From contig KZ538864.1 in the NCBI GenBank assembly GCA_000934665.2, positions 1 through 44,933 on the forward strand: a DNA stretch of 44,933 nucleotides. Reading direction: 5' to 3'. The notes under the pieces are model-generated. The model worked only from the letters and a program-made list of their open reading frames with translations, searched no databases and was not told the origin of the DNA. Positions 11,789 through 21,606 of this stretch are shown here, one piece after another. Numbering within the stretch: position 1 is the stretch's first letter; every line of letters starts with the position of its first letter. The position numbers were made by a program, and so were the translations under genes. The stretch is from Catajapyx aquilonaris. Its lineage: Eukaryota.

Positions 11789-12501
11789 GGGGGGGGGGGG
11801 GTGCCTTCCACTTCCATCATCCCGTGCGGCCAGCAATGGGTTCCGAGGGGCAATTCCGGGCCCACCGCAGGGCCATCGCCAAAACAATTCTCGGAGGAGG
11901 AAAGACCTAACCTCGCTTCTCTCTACCCCGCCTCAACCCGGCAGACGTGGTAATAAGAACCAGTCATCAAGGGCTTTTGCCTTGGTTGGCCAATGCAAGA
12001 ATGGCAGGAAACATTTTCCAGCCAAAGTGTTGTCAACAATGGAGGTGGTGCAAGTGATATAGGAAACAAAATATCTGACAAACACAGGCAGAAATATTTG
12101 GAGGCGGGGATGGTAATTTGCGAGGTCCCTTGCACGCTACAAACGGTTGCTGAGCAACGCATCCGCCATTACAAAATGCTCCGGAGAACATTGAGCTATT
12201 TTCCACCGGAAGACTTGACGAAGCTAATTTCTTCCTCGTGTTTCCATCCTGTCTTAATGAGCCTTATTAAACCGCGGCAGGTACAAAACCGTCGCATTCG
12301 GACCAATTTGAGCCTCCTCCAATTTGCATGGTCCACTCCTCTGATGATGATAATAAACAGGTGATCATGCAGCACACAGGTCACTTGAACTGCGTCCTAA
12401 AAAATATTGATGGATGTTATCATTTCAGTTCCACCAACCTTTAACTGTCAGATTAACTGTAGCACCGTTAACCCTCCAACGGACTAACCGGTCAAATTCA
12501 A

Positions 12502-12670
12502 GGTACGTTTACATGTGAGCGATTTGATGAGCGAAGTCGTCGCCGAGCACCGTTGAGGTGAAAGTAACAATCGATTTTCGCTTCCAACAATACTGGTTAC
12601 TCGGGTTACTCAGCGTTTTTATCGCTCGGCGATGACATCGCGTGATTAAATCGTTCACATGTATACGCCG
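12502..12670. mobile_element. PIF/Harbinger-like MITE, older copy
   Basis: GGTACGTTTACATGTGAGCGATTTGATGAGCGAAGTCGTCGCCGAGC ... GCTCGGCGATGACATCGCGTGATTAAATCGTTCACATGTATACGCC. Shares TIR and core (TAACAATCGAT...GTTACTCAGC) with 12760-12909. Confidence 0.75.
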
Positions 12671-12759
12671 CGCCGCTTCAGGCTTTTACGCTTAGCAGCA
12701 GGGGAGCCAACAGAAGCCACCCTACAAGTACTGTGTATGGGACATTTTACGACAATAAA

Positions 12760-12909
12760 GGTGCGTTTACATGTAAGAGATTTGACAAGCGAAATCTTCG
12801 CCGAAGCTGAAATTAACAATCGATATGCGCCTCAAACAATATTGGATACTTGCGTTACTCAGCCTCGGCGAAGACTTCGCTCGTCAAATCGCTCACATGT
12901 AAACGCACC
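12760..12909. mobile_element. PIF/Harbinger-like MITE (150 bp)
   Basis: TIRs GGTGCGTTTACATGTAAGAGATTTGACAAGCGAAATCTTCGCCGA / TCGGCGAAGACTTCGCTCGTCAAATCGCTCACATGTAAACGCACC, followed by TTA. GG..CGTTTACA termini are typical of Harbinger MITEs; the left 3-bp flank (AAA) is imperfect. Confidence 0.85.
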
Positions 12910-13314
12910 TTAAAACAACAGTCGATTTTAAAGAAATGCATTTGCTCAAACCGGGCATTTAGACGACAGTTAAAAGTTAACTGCCAGATAGTTTAACCGA
13001 CAATAAGTTAACAGCAACACCCTGATTGAATCATGGCACCCACATCAGGTCCCTGCGCAACAGATGATAAATGGAATGAACAGGAACTTCCGCCCTCTGT
13101 GATGTGTTCCATAGTCAGTATAGGTAGATCCCGGGGTCAAAAAGGAAAGGAATGATGGAGACACAGGTAGGCAGTAGGTGTATGGGGCGGGCGATGGATC
13201 AATGCTGCTGCCGAGTAGGAGTGAGTTTGGCAAGAAGGAAAAGGCTACTTTGCTCTCAGGGCCTGCTCCCTAGAGGCGACAGGCAGCTTGTGCAGGGAAT
13301 CAGGACATTCGGAA

Positions 13315-13526
13315 CTAGCAGTATGCCCGTGCTTTGCGCGGGCCCACATCTGCCGTGATGTGACTGATTGAGTGTTTTTTATCTTTTATTGTATCCTTCT
13401 GGCCTCACGTCCCAAGGGCCAACTGCCCCTGGGCCATCCTCATTCGCGTGTTCTCCCAATTCGACTCTGGGGGTGAAAAATTGCCTTCTCAGTATCCAGG
13501 TTGGATGTTCTCATATGTATTATAGA
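13315..13526 (-). mobile_element. Complete non-autonomous Helitron (212 bp)
   Basis: Minus strand starts TCTATAATA and ends with hairpin GCCCGCGC-AAA-GCACGGGC, 6 nt, then CTAG. It is inserted between host A and T with no TSD. These are the canonical Helitron terminal hallmarks. Confidence 0.8.
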
Positions 13527-14504
13527 TGTCGGAGGTAAATATGATGTCACAGATGCTAGTGTAACTTTAAAGACCTAACACTACACTTTAAATTGCAACT
13601 TCGAATATTTTTGCTGTCACTTCCGGTGTTGCCACGGAATGGAGGGGAATCTTCTCAAAAGTGTTTCTGAATGAGCCTTTTGACCGGCGCTCTTATTCCC
13701 ACTTATATTCCGCCCTTGCCTGGGAATAGCCTATGCCGTCATAATCTCGTGAATAGAGATAAATAGCGACATATTTCTAAATGTGACCCGACCAGTACAG
13801 ACTTGGGGCCTCTAATTTTTTGTCGCATAATGGAAGGGAGTTTGAAGTTGAATTATCCCTTATGGGATAAAAACCTTTTCTTTATACGGGGTTGTAATTT
13901 CGCTGTCAGAAAACTGACTTTACCATCCTTCGAGGCTTACATTTCGACCAAAATGTGACTGTGACCAACCAGCATTTTAAGGGTTCAAATCATTTCCCAG
14001 TGTGAACAGGAGTGTATATACCAGGCCATGATAAATTGAATATTCTCCTCACCAGTCGCAATTGCAGTGTAATAAGACCTTTGGAGTATCTTAAATAATA
14101 TAAATATAATATATAATATAATATCTAACTCAATCCCAAAATTCAACTAAAATGATTCTTAAATATTACATCATCACACACACCTCCCTGACATCTCACA
14201 ACAGAATTACATCATGATGTAAACCTGGGCGCACATAATCCACAAAAGCTGAAAAACATCCCCCTGATGTAGATTCCAACGTTGCAGCTCGAGGGTCCTC
14301 CTCAATTATAATGAATAGATTATACGTGATTACAATCACGCATTAAACTTGTGATGGCGCACAAATAGTGCTCAATTAACTTGGCCGTGCCCACTCGCAT
14401 AATTATACATGCATGGTAATATTAGCAGTGCTCCCCCACCTCTGCTACTATGTATTTACACATTCGTGCATTAGAGGACTTCCCAGGGTATAGCAAATGA
14501 GTTC

Positions 14505-14564
14505 CATTTTAGACAGGGGGCTGTCACGGTACTGCCACCTCTGAGGACCCGAGTTCGATCCCTG
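14505..14564 (+). mobile_element. tRNA-derived SINE head remnant
   Basis: GAGGACCCGAGTTCGATCCCTG is a T-arm/B-box match; weak A-box-like TAGACAGGGG upstream. Confidence 0.35.
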
Positions 14565-14608
14565 TGAAGAATTCCAGTCAGCAAGTCAGGGCATGAATCG
14601 GTCGTAGC

Positions 14609-15360
14609 ATGAGCAAGAATGTGAGCGAGGGCATGAGCAAGAACGTGAGCACGGGCGTGAGCAAGGGCGTGAGCACGGGCGTGAGCACGGGCGTGAGCAC
14701 GGGCGTGAGCACGGGCGTGAGCAAGGGCGTGAGTAAGAACGTGAGCAAAATCGTGAGCAAGAACGTGAGCAAGGGCGTGAGCAAGAACGTGAGCAAGTTC
14801 GTGAGCAAGGGCGTGAGCAAGGGCGTGAGCAAGGGCGTGAGCAAGGGCGTGAGCAAGGGCGTGAGCAAGGGCGTGAGCAAGGGCGTGAGCAAGGGCGTGA
14901 GCAAGGGCGTGAGCAAGGGCGTGAGCAAGGGCGTGAGCAAGGGCGTGAGCAAGGGCGTGAGCAAGGGCGTGAGCAAGGGCGTGAGCAAGGGCGTGAGCAA
15001 GGGCGTGAGCAAGGGCGTGAGCAAGGGCGTGAGCAAGGGCGTGAGCAAGGGCGTGAGCAAGGGCGTGAGCAAGGGCGTGAGCAAGGGCGTGAGCAAGGGC
15101 GTGAGCAAGGGCGTGAGCAAGGGCGTGAGCAAGGGCGTGAGCAAGGGCGTGAGCAAGGGCGTGAGCAAGGGCGTGAGCAAGGGCGTGAGCAAGGGCGTGA
15201 GCAAGGGCGTGAGCAAGGGCGTGAGCAAGGGCGTGAGCAAGGGCGTGAGCAAGGGCGTGAGCAAGGGCGTGAGCAAGGGCGTGAGCAAGGGCGTGAGCAA
15301 GGGTGTGAGCAAGAACGTGAGCAAGAACGTGAGCAAGGGCGTGAGCAAGAGCGTGAGCGT
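14609..15360. repeat. 12-bp minisatellite (GTGAGCAAGGGC), about 62 units
   Basis: 41 perfect units at 14801-15292, substitution-only variants at both edges, no indels. Creates open frames (VSKG)n on + and (HALA)n, (LTPL)n, (SRPC)n on -. Confidence 0.98.
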
Positions 15361-15470
15361 GATGTCTCGCACCCCATGCGTCCCTTGACTTCTCGCTCAC
15401 GCTAAAATGTCTCAAATTCGCTCGTAAACACCAGTTCTCGCCATCTTGTGAATACACCTCATAGGGTTTG

Positions 15471-15473
<3 letters not shown>

Positions 15474-15546
<73 letters not shown>
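15474..15546. repeat. (GA)n microsatellite, about 36 units
   Basis: Direct reading; explains the RE-repeat ORF. Confidence 0.97.
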
Positions 15547-15549
<3 letters not shown>

Positions 15550-18489
15550 CTACTTTGTGTGACGGAATGGCACAAGGCAGTGAGTTGCGCCATAATGCAG
15601 CATAAGTCAGTGGGACTTAAGGCCCATGCTGAAGGTGGAACGTTGACAAGGAGGAGTCTTTGGGAACGTTATCTGCTACCCGACGGGAAGATTTACGGCC
15701 ACACGTCAAGGGGCGGGAGGGGTAGGGGAGGACGGGAGGGAAGGAGGGATAGAGGGAATGGGAGGGGGCGGTAGACAGGAGTCGATTTCTGGGTTGTTGC
15801 CAGCTCTCTGACAGATTATCAGATGGGAATCTTGCTTAGTAAGTGTTTGCAAAGTACATCCACGCGGGAGATATGTCAGGGGAGGAAGTTTGGCCAAGCA
15901 ACATCACTTTTCACCACGCATACCTTTCCCACCTGTGACTCAAAAAAAAAAAATCCAGTCATATTTTTCAAGTCAGCATTTTCAGATTCAGGATTCAAGG
16001 TGGCACCGAAAATTTTTGATCACACTAAAATCTGATGTGTGAACGAAGCCTAAGATGTATCGTGTTGTTTTTATGGGTAATATCGAGTAATATGTTAGCG
16101 TATCCAGGTGGCGGCCATAGTGCTGCTGTAAATGTCAGAAGAAAAGAGAATGGGGATAGGGCAGAAATATATTTTGCACAGAATTTCCTGGCAAAATGTT
16201 GACTGCACTTTCGACTTTTCGGTGTGGCGGAAAAGGAGGAGTCATTCCCGCTTCTCTCCTCTATTAAGTGCATGAAACACCGTTTCATTTCTCAGCCGCC
16301 ATAAACTAAAACAATAAAGGAGATGTTGTGTTTTATGGCTTAATAAAGCCTCCCAGGAATTATTGGTTCCGAAATCGTCCCTCTTTGCAACGGAAGAGGA
16401 GACGGCAAGATTTTCCAGATCATTTCTAGCTGCGCTTTATTTTGCATGCAAAAACTTGGCCCACCTGATTAATTCTTTAACGCCCAACTTTTTTTTGTCT
16501 GCAACTCTCTACAAATTCATTTTCAGGTCAGACAAAGAAACTTAAAGAAGCTTAGCTTTAAAGTCAACCCAGATGATCAAAAAAAATATGCAATTATTTC
16601 AACCAAATGTTTGGTTGAATAAAACATTACTTAACTTCGATAACTAAATATTTTTACGTGAGTGAATAGCTGTACACACACAGCTGAACGTACTCAAACT
16701 AGTCAACTGACTAGGAAATTTTTCTGTGTTCACCACTAGCCCGAAACTTCCTTTGACATATAGTACATGTCACACATGCCAACCCGACCTGCAGTGTAAG
16801 CCAAGCAATCACGTGGGCAGCTATTAATGAGTCCCATCGCCGGTAGTAAGGAAGGTTAGTCAGGGTGGGCGCAAATGGCAGCAAGTAAATTACAATCGGG
16901 AAAGGGACGAGCCCTACGCCACCTTGATTTATAATCCGATGCGGATGATAAGACTGCAGCCGGCACGAAGACACCATCTTCTGGCCATTTTTGCGCTGGC
17001 GGCACACGGACGGGCTAGAGCTGGATTAAATCCACTCATACTACTGCTAGATATTCATCACTACTACAATCCAGCGTATCCTCCTGTCCCGTAGTGTTTT
17101 TTTTGGATGGCCTGGGAATCAACCATATAGCCGCATCAGCCTAATGTACTGAAACGACCTACATTCACCAGTGAAACGACTGGCCAATTCCGTCATTTTC
17201 AAAATCATCTACCGCAATAACTTTAGCCACTGCAGAGCTGTTTTTTTAACTGATGATTTTTTTAAAACTAATCAAAGGTCAAGGACTTTGGTAGTAGCCG
17301 GTTGTGGTTTTTCTCACCAGAAGGGCCTATCTGGAGGGGGCCATGTTTCATCGCTGTATAAGACAGAGGACGTTTGATGGAGTAATTAAGCCAGCTTTTC
17401 CCCCTCAAACCCACCTCCTTCTTCGATCCTGTGACGACATAAATCATTCATTTTCAAGCCGGGATCCCCGCTGTCATCGTCAGTCGATCTCGTCAAGATG
17501 ACGACAAGCTCTTATTCGCCAGACGTAATTTACACGGCTTCTAGAGGCATCGAAATGACTTATAGCCTACCCCCCAAAAAATATAACGTTATCAACATGT
17601 TGCTTACGCGATAAAATTGAGATACCCTACTGTATAGTTACGTCGAAAAGGAAGAAGACGAAAAAAAAAAAAAGTTGACTTGGGAACGAAGCAGTTGGAA
17701 CACCTTTCGATTAACGAGATAGCTTCTTTTCCATGGGTTCTCAACTTCCTTGCCCGTCTACAAAAGGAAGTTATTCATTTGCCAACTTTCTTTCCGTTTT
17801 GCTCTCAAACTTTTCCGTGATGGAACTTATTCCACCCCCTCCTCCTCCTCCTCCCTTTCCTCCTCCCCGCCATCCCCCTCGCTCCCATCCACTGCGGAAT
17901 AGATAGGGATCCGGATGCAGGCTCGGCAGAAATTGCTTCTTATGAATAGCGATCTTGCTCTTTTTGGTGCGCTCATGCAGTCTGTATCTTTGTAACAAAC
18001 TCCCATTCCTCTGCTGCCCCCTTTTCTTTTTTGGCAACAACGAGGAGTGGAAATGTAGGCCCAAGTGGGGTGCGTATGAGGACAGGGCCAACGAGGAGGA
18101 GGCGTGAATTATTTCCATTGGCGCTCTAACGGAACTTTATGGCGACGTTGGAACTGCGCCTACTTCGAGCCCCTTTCCTTTACATCTGCTTGCATTCGAC
18201 CTGACACGAGACACTCTCTTGGTCAAACCTGAGGCCTGGCTTGCATGCTCAAACAGCAACTGACAAATATTCTCTTGGCGAAACTAGGGTGTTTTTTTAA
18301 CACTATGTTCACATTTATATCTATAGGTAAAAATCAAAATTCAAGTTCCATCCATTTATATACGGTATACACAAAACATTTCTGCCAATATCAGATATTC
18401 ATCTGATTTAAAAAAAATATTTACCCCGTGATAGGGCGGATCCCTTTTAGGGGGGAAGGGGAGGTTTCCGAGGGAGGGCGCTGTAATTA

Positions 18490-18687
18490 TAGTCATTTCT
18501 GACTTTCTGACATACACCGGACCTTTTCACCTGGCCTTGGGCAGAGTAGGGAGTGCCATTCTGCCCCGGCATGTCGGGTGAAAAGCGGAAAAAGACCCGG
18601 CCAAGCAGAGGTGACTGGGACAGGATTTCAACCTCGGCCTCCCGCTTGGCTGGCCAGTGGCGAAACCACCAGACCACCATGCCTCCC
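18490..18687 (-). mobile_element. tRNA-derived SINE
   Basis: Minus strand GGGAGGCATGGTGGTCTGGTGGTTTCGCCACTGGCCAGCCAAGCGGGAGGCCGAGGTTGAAATCCTG has an A box (TGGTCTGGTGG) and B box (GGTTGAAATCC) at tRNA-like spacing, followed by a non-tRNA body. 3' boundary approximate. Confidence 0.7.
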
Positions 18688-21111
18688 TATATTCATTTGA
18701 TTTAAGTATCATATGAGCAACGTTTCTGTATGCAGTGTTCCTTTCTTATTCCCAACATTACTTAATGTTACTAAGTCAAATGTGAAGCAGAAATGTTATA
18801 ACGTGGTCCCTAGATATACAGCAGCTCCCATAATGCATGAGTGGAAGTGCAGTATGCCACAGAGAGTCGATTGTAAGCTATTCTCCATGCTACGTGCCTA
18901 GTTACAGTATGCACGACACAATTACAAGACTGTGCTCATGTTGAGTGGTATCCATGTGAGCCATAGTAAAGGTACTAGTGTACTGTATAGGTACGCATAA
19001 CATGTGACAATATATAGTGTTATACAGAGTGGTGCTCCTATAAGCCAACAGTGAACCTTTCAGAATATTCCAAGGTTGTCAATTTGAATATTCTTGAATA
19101 TTACGAGTCCCTGATTTTATCAGAATACCCGTCTCTTTTAAAATATATGCCGCTTATAACTATACGTAATTTCTTCAAAGGTGCGCCTATTCGAGCGTAA
19201 CACATTCGAACGTCACAAGAAGGCCGACTGTGAAATGAACGAACTGTTCTTACACTGTGTACGAGGCCTCTATGGTACTTCGATCGTTAATACCCAAAAT
19301 GAATCTAAAGTGGAATTCGCTTCAGTGCTCGCCTAACATGATAGGTACAATTAAATTCCCAAACTTTTTTTCTCTCTCTCTCTCTCTTTGTTTTGTCCTC
19401 CCCTCTTCTGCTCCACCCCCCACTCCCCGCAAGCAGCTGCACGACTTGAACTTTCCGAAGTTGCTTCCCCAGGCCGGCAGAGACATCTGCGGGCCTTTAT
19501 TCACAAGTCACTAAGAGCGGATGAGAAATTCTTGAGCCGCGTCCTTAATTGCGCATAGTGACAGAGACACCTTTTTAATTAGGCGGCAAGATTATGAAGC
19601 ATGAGCCGAGGAAGAGGCGACGAATGACTGAGAAAGGCAACAATGAAGCCAAGCTCCGACAGAATTTCTTGGGCTGACGCGGACAGGGCGCAAATTGCTC
19701 CATATTTTCTGCATAAATGATGGGGAGAGGAGGGGGGTTTGTAGGGAGAGGGAAGAGGGGAGATGGGAAGAGATGGGAGGGGGGGGAGGTCTCACATTTT
19801 GCCAACTTGCCATGTTTGCTCTTGCAGAGATTTACGATGGCTTGGCGCTTCCCCGGCTGATTTATCGCGCGATATGTTATTGTTGTGTTGCGTAGGCAAA
19901 GAAAGCGACCGTCACGACCCATTGTCAGCTTAATGAGCCCAATCCTATTTCGCCTTGGGCAAGACCCAACGTCAGGTTAGAGCAGAAGAGATTGGGATGA
20001 ACGACAAATAAAAGAAAAAAGGACACATGCAATATCTGAAGCATACCAACTTCTACTAGATGGCGTCAGAAAAATTGTTGATTAAATTCCACTACGTATT
20101 TTGTCAATTTGATCCTACTTACCTAGTGTCCATCAATCGGTAGAAAAGCAGAGTAAACATGGAATTAGAATGAATTACTGAGGGGAGGACCCCTCTGCCG
20201 TTAGGCTTCGTGAGCAGGACATTATTGCCAATAGAATTAGATTCCAGAGGCGAATAATAGACGGCCCAAAATCCGCGGATTCAAGACATGTTTTGGCGGA
20301 GAGTAACATGTTTTGCAAGCTTCCGAGGACATTCCCCAGGGAGCTCTAATTGCATTATTAACTGGCGGGAAAGCCGGCACAATAACAAGGCGTACGAGCG
20401 CCTCGTAATCAATTCCACTAATTCCCTCGTGAATGGCAATCTGCCGCCATTGTGCCCAAGCAACACGCTACGCGAGCTTCATTTGCTCCACTCCAACACC
20501 AAGATGGCCAGCGGCGCTTTTTTCACCCCCTCACCCCCTCTCCCCCTTTCCCCCCTTTTTCCCCCTCCATCCCCTACTCTCCCCACTCTCCCCTATCCAA
20601 CGATCCTCCCGCCAGCGCTCTCAAAGCTTTTCTCTCTATTCAGCCCGCAACACTGCACTCGTCACATTAGCTTCGACCAATGCATAATCATTCTGCTGAA
20701 ATGATACATGTTCGTTTGCCTTTATCAAGTCCAATCAGTATGAACCAGTGTAGTTTTGTTTCGTAGGGTAATTACAAATTAGAGGGCTGCTGGCTGACGT
20801 AGCGTGGGGTTTCGGAATGTTCGGATGAATAGTTATTTTGATTTTTACAGGGATACTGGATTTTTTAGGCAAATCGTAAAGAAATGGTGTTCAATTTATT
20901 GCTTGAATTTGTGCAGGTTTTTAAAAATAGGGATCTGTGATTTCTCTATGAGAAAACTGACTGGACTAGCGTATATAAGTTATTATTACTGTTAGAGAGA
21001 GCAATATTAACCAATGTCTAACTTAATTTCGATCAAAATGTGACTCCGCACATAATGAGTTTCAGGTCTTCATGTATTGTGGTTTGGTTTGAAATTGGCA
21101 TAAAATGGGTG

Positions 21112-21606
21112 TGTCTTCAATAAGCTGTGGGGACATAAACAGGTGTTTTACTGTAACTCTGGGGACTTTTCCCCACTTAATTTGATTTGATTTGATTTAT
21201 TTGTTACCCTGATGGGCTATTGCCCTTTCGAGGGGACCTCCCCCCTTACATCGTCATAGACAATTACATTTTTTTTTTTTACATCATAGTTACACCCTTT
21301 TCCCAGCCAGAATGTAACGCCCCTTACAACTACAAGTCATCACCCGTCCATCCCTCCCGCACTACTTTGCCCCACTTGTGGGGACATTTTCGGTTCCCAC
21401 AGCTTCACACACGAGAACATTACCGTTATAGTGGGGACATGTCCCCACAATTTCGTTTGCAGGGTTTCACAAAAGTCCATTTCTTTCAGCCTAGGTTAGT
21501 TAGGGTAGGTTAGGTTAGAGGTTAGGTTAGTTTACACTCGCATCGAAAAGTTGAGTTTTCAACATCCCCACACCTTAATATTGGCGACAAGGAGTTAGTG
21601 TGTGTG
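21112..21606 (-). mobile_element. Second copy of family B (GGTTA repeats), interrupted by a retro-insertion
   Basis: Colinear reverse-complement similarity to 10311-10700; short (GGTTA)n at about 21493-21532; ends in a TG run. Confidence 0.8.
21179..21365 (-). mobile_element. 5'-truncated non-LTR retroelement (LINE/SINE) 3' end with target-site duplication
   Basis: Minus strand ends GGGCAATAGCCC (stem-loop) ATCAGGGTAACAAATAAATCAAATCAAATCAAAT. Flanked by TTTTCCCCACTT (21167-21178) and TTTGCCCCACTT (21366-21377). The segment is absent from the other family-B copy. Confidence 0.75.

Noticed and set aside
11353..12062. ORFs of 139-235 aa
   Set aside because: Their length comes from reading through a 327-N gap; same for the ORFs at 8234, 35206 and 42412
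11993..12364. 123-aa ATG ORF
   Set aside because: No recognisable motif or family; length within chance expectation; would need RNA-seq or homology support
14801..15292. GFP vector contamination
   Set aside because: Only the 12-mer matches; no further GFP sequence follows, and edge units show natural divergence
14471..15457. Long minus-strand ORFs (HALA, LTPL, SRPC repeats) as genes
   Set aside because: Automatic consequence of a stop-free 12-bp unit; no unique domain or splice support
18620..18687. Functional tRNA gene
   Set aside because: A/B boxes are present, but the B box is mutated, there is no clean acceptor stem or cloverleaf, and a SINE-like body follows
20052..20068. CTCF-like site CTACTAGATGGCGT (also AGATGGCGC near 10832)
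   Set aside because: Imperfect matches, and AGATGGCG words are common in invertebrate transposon ends
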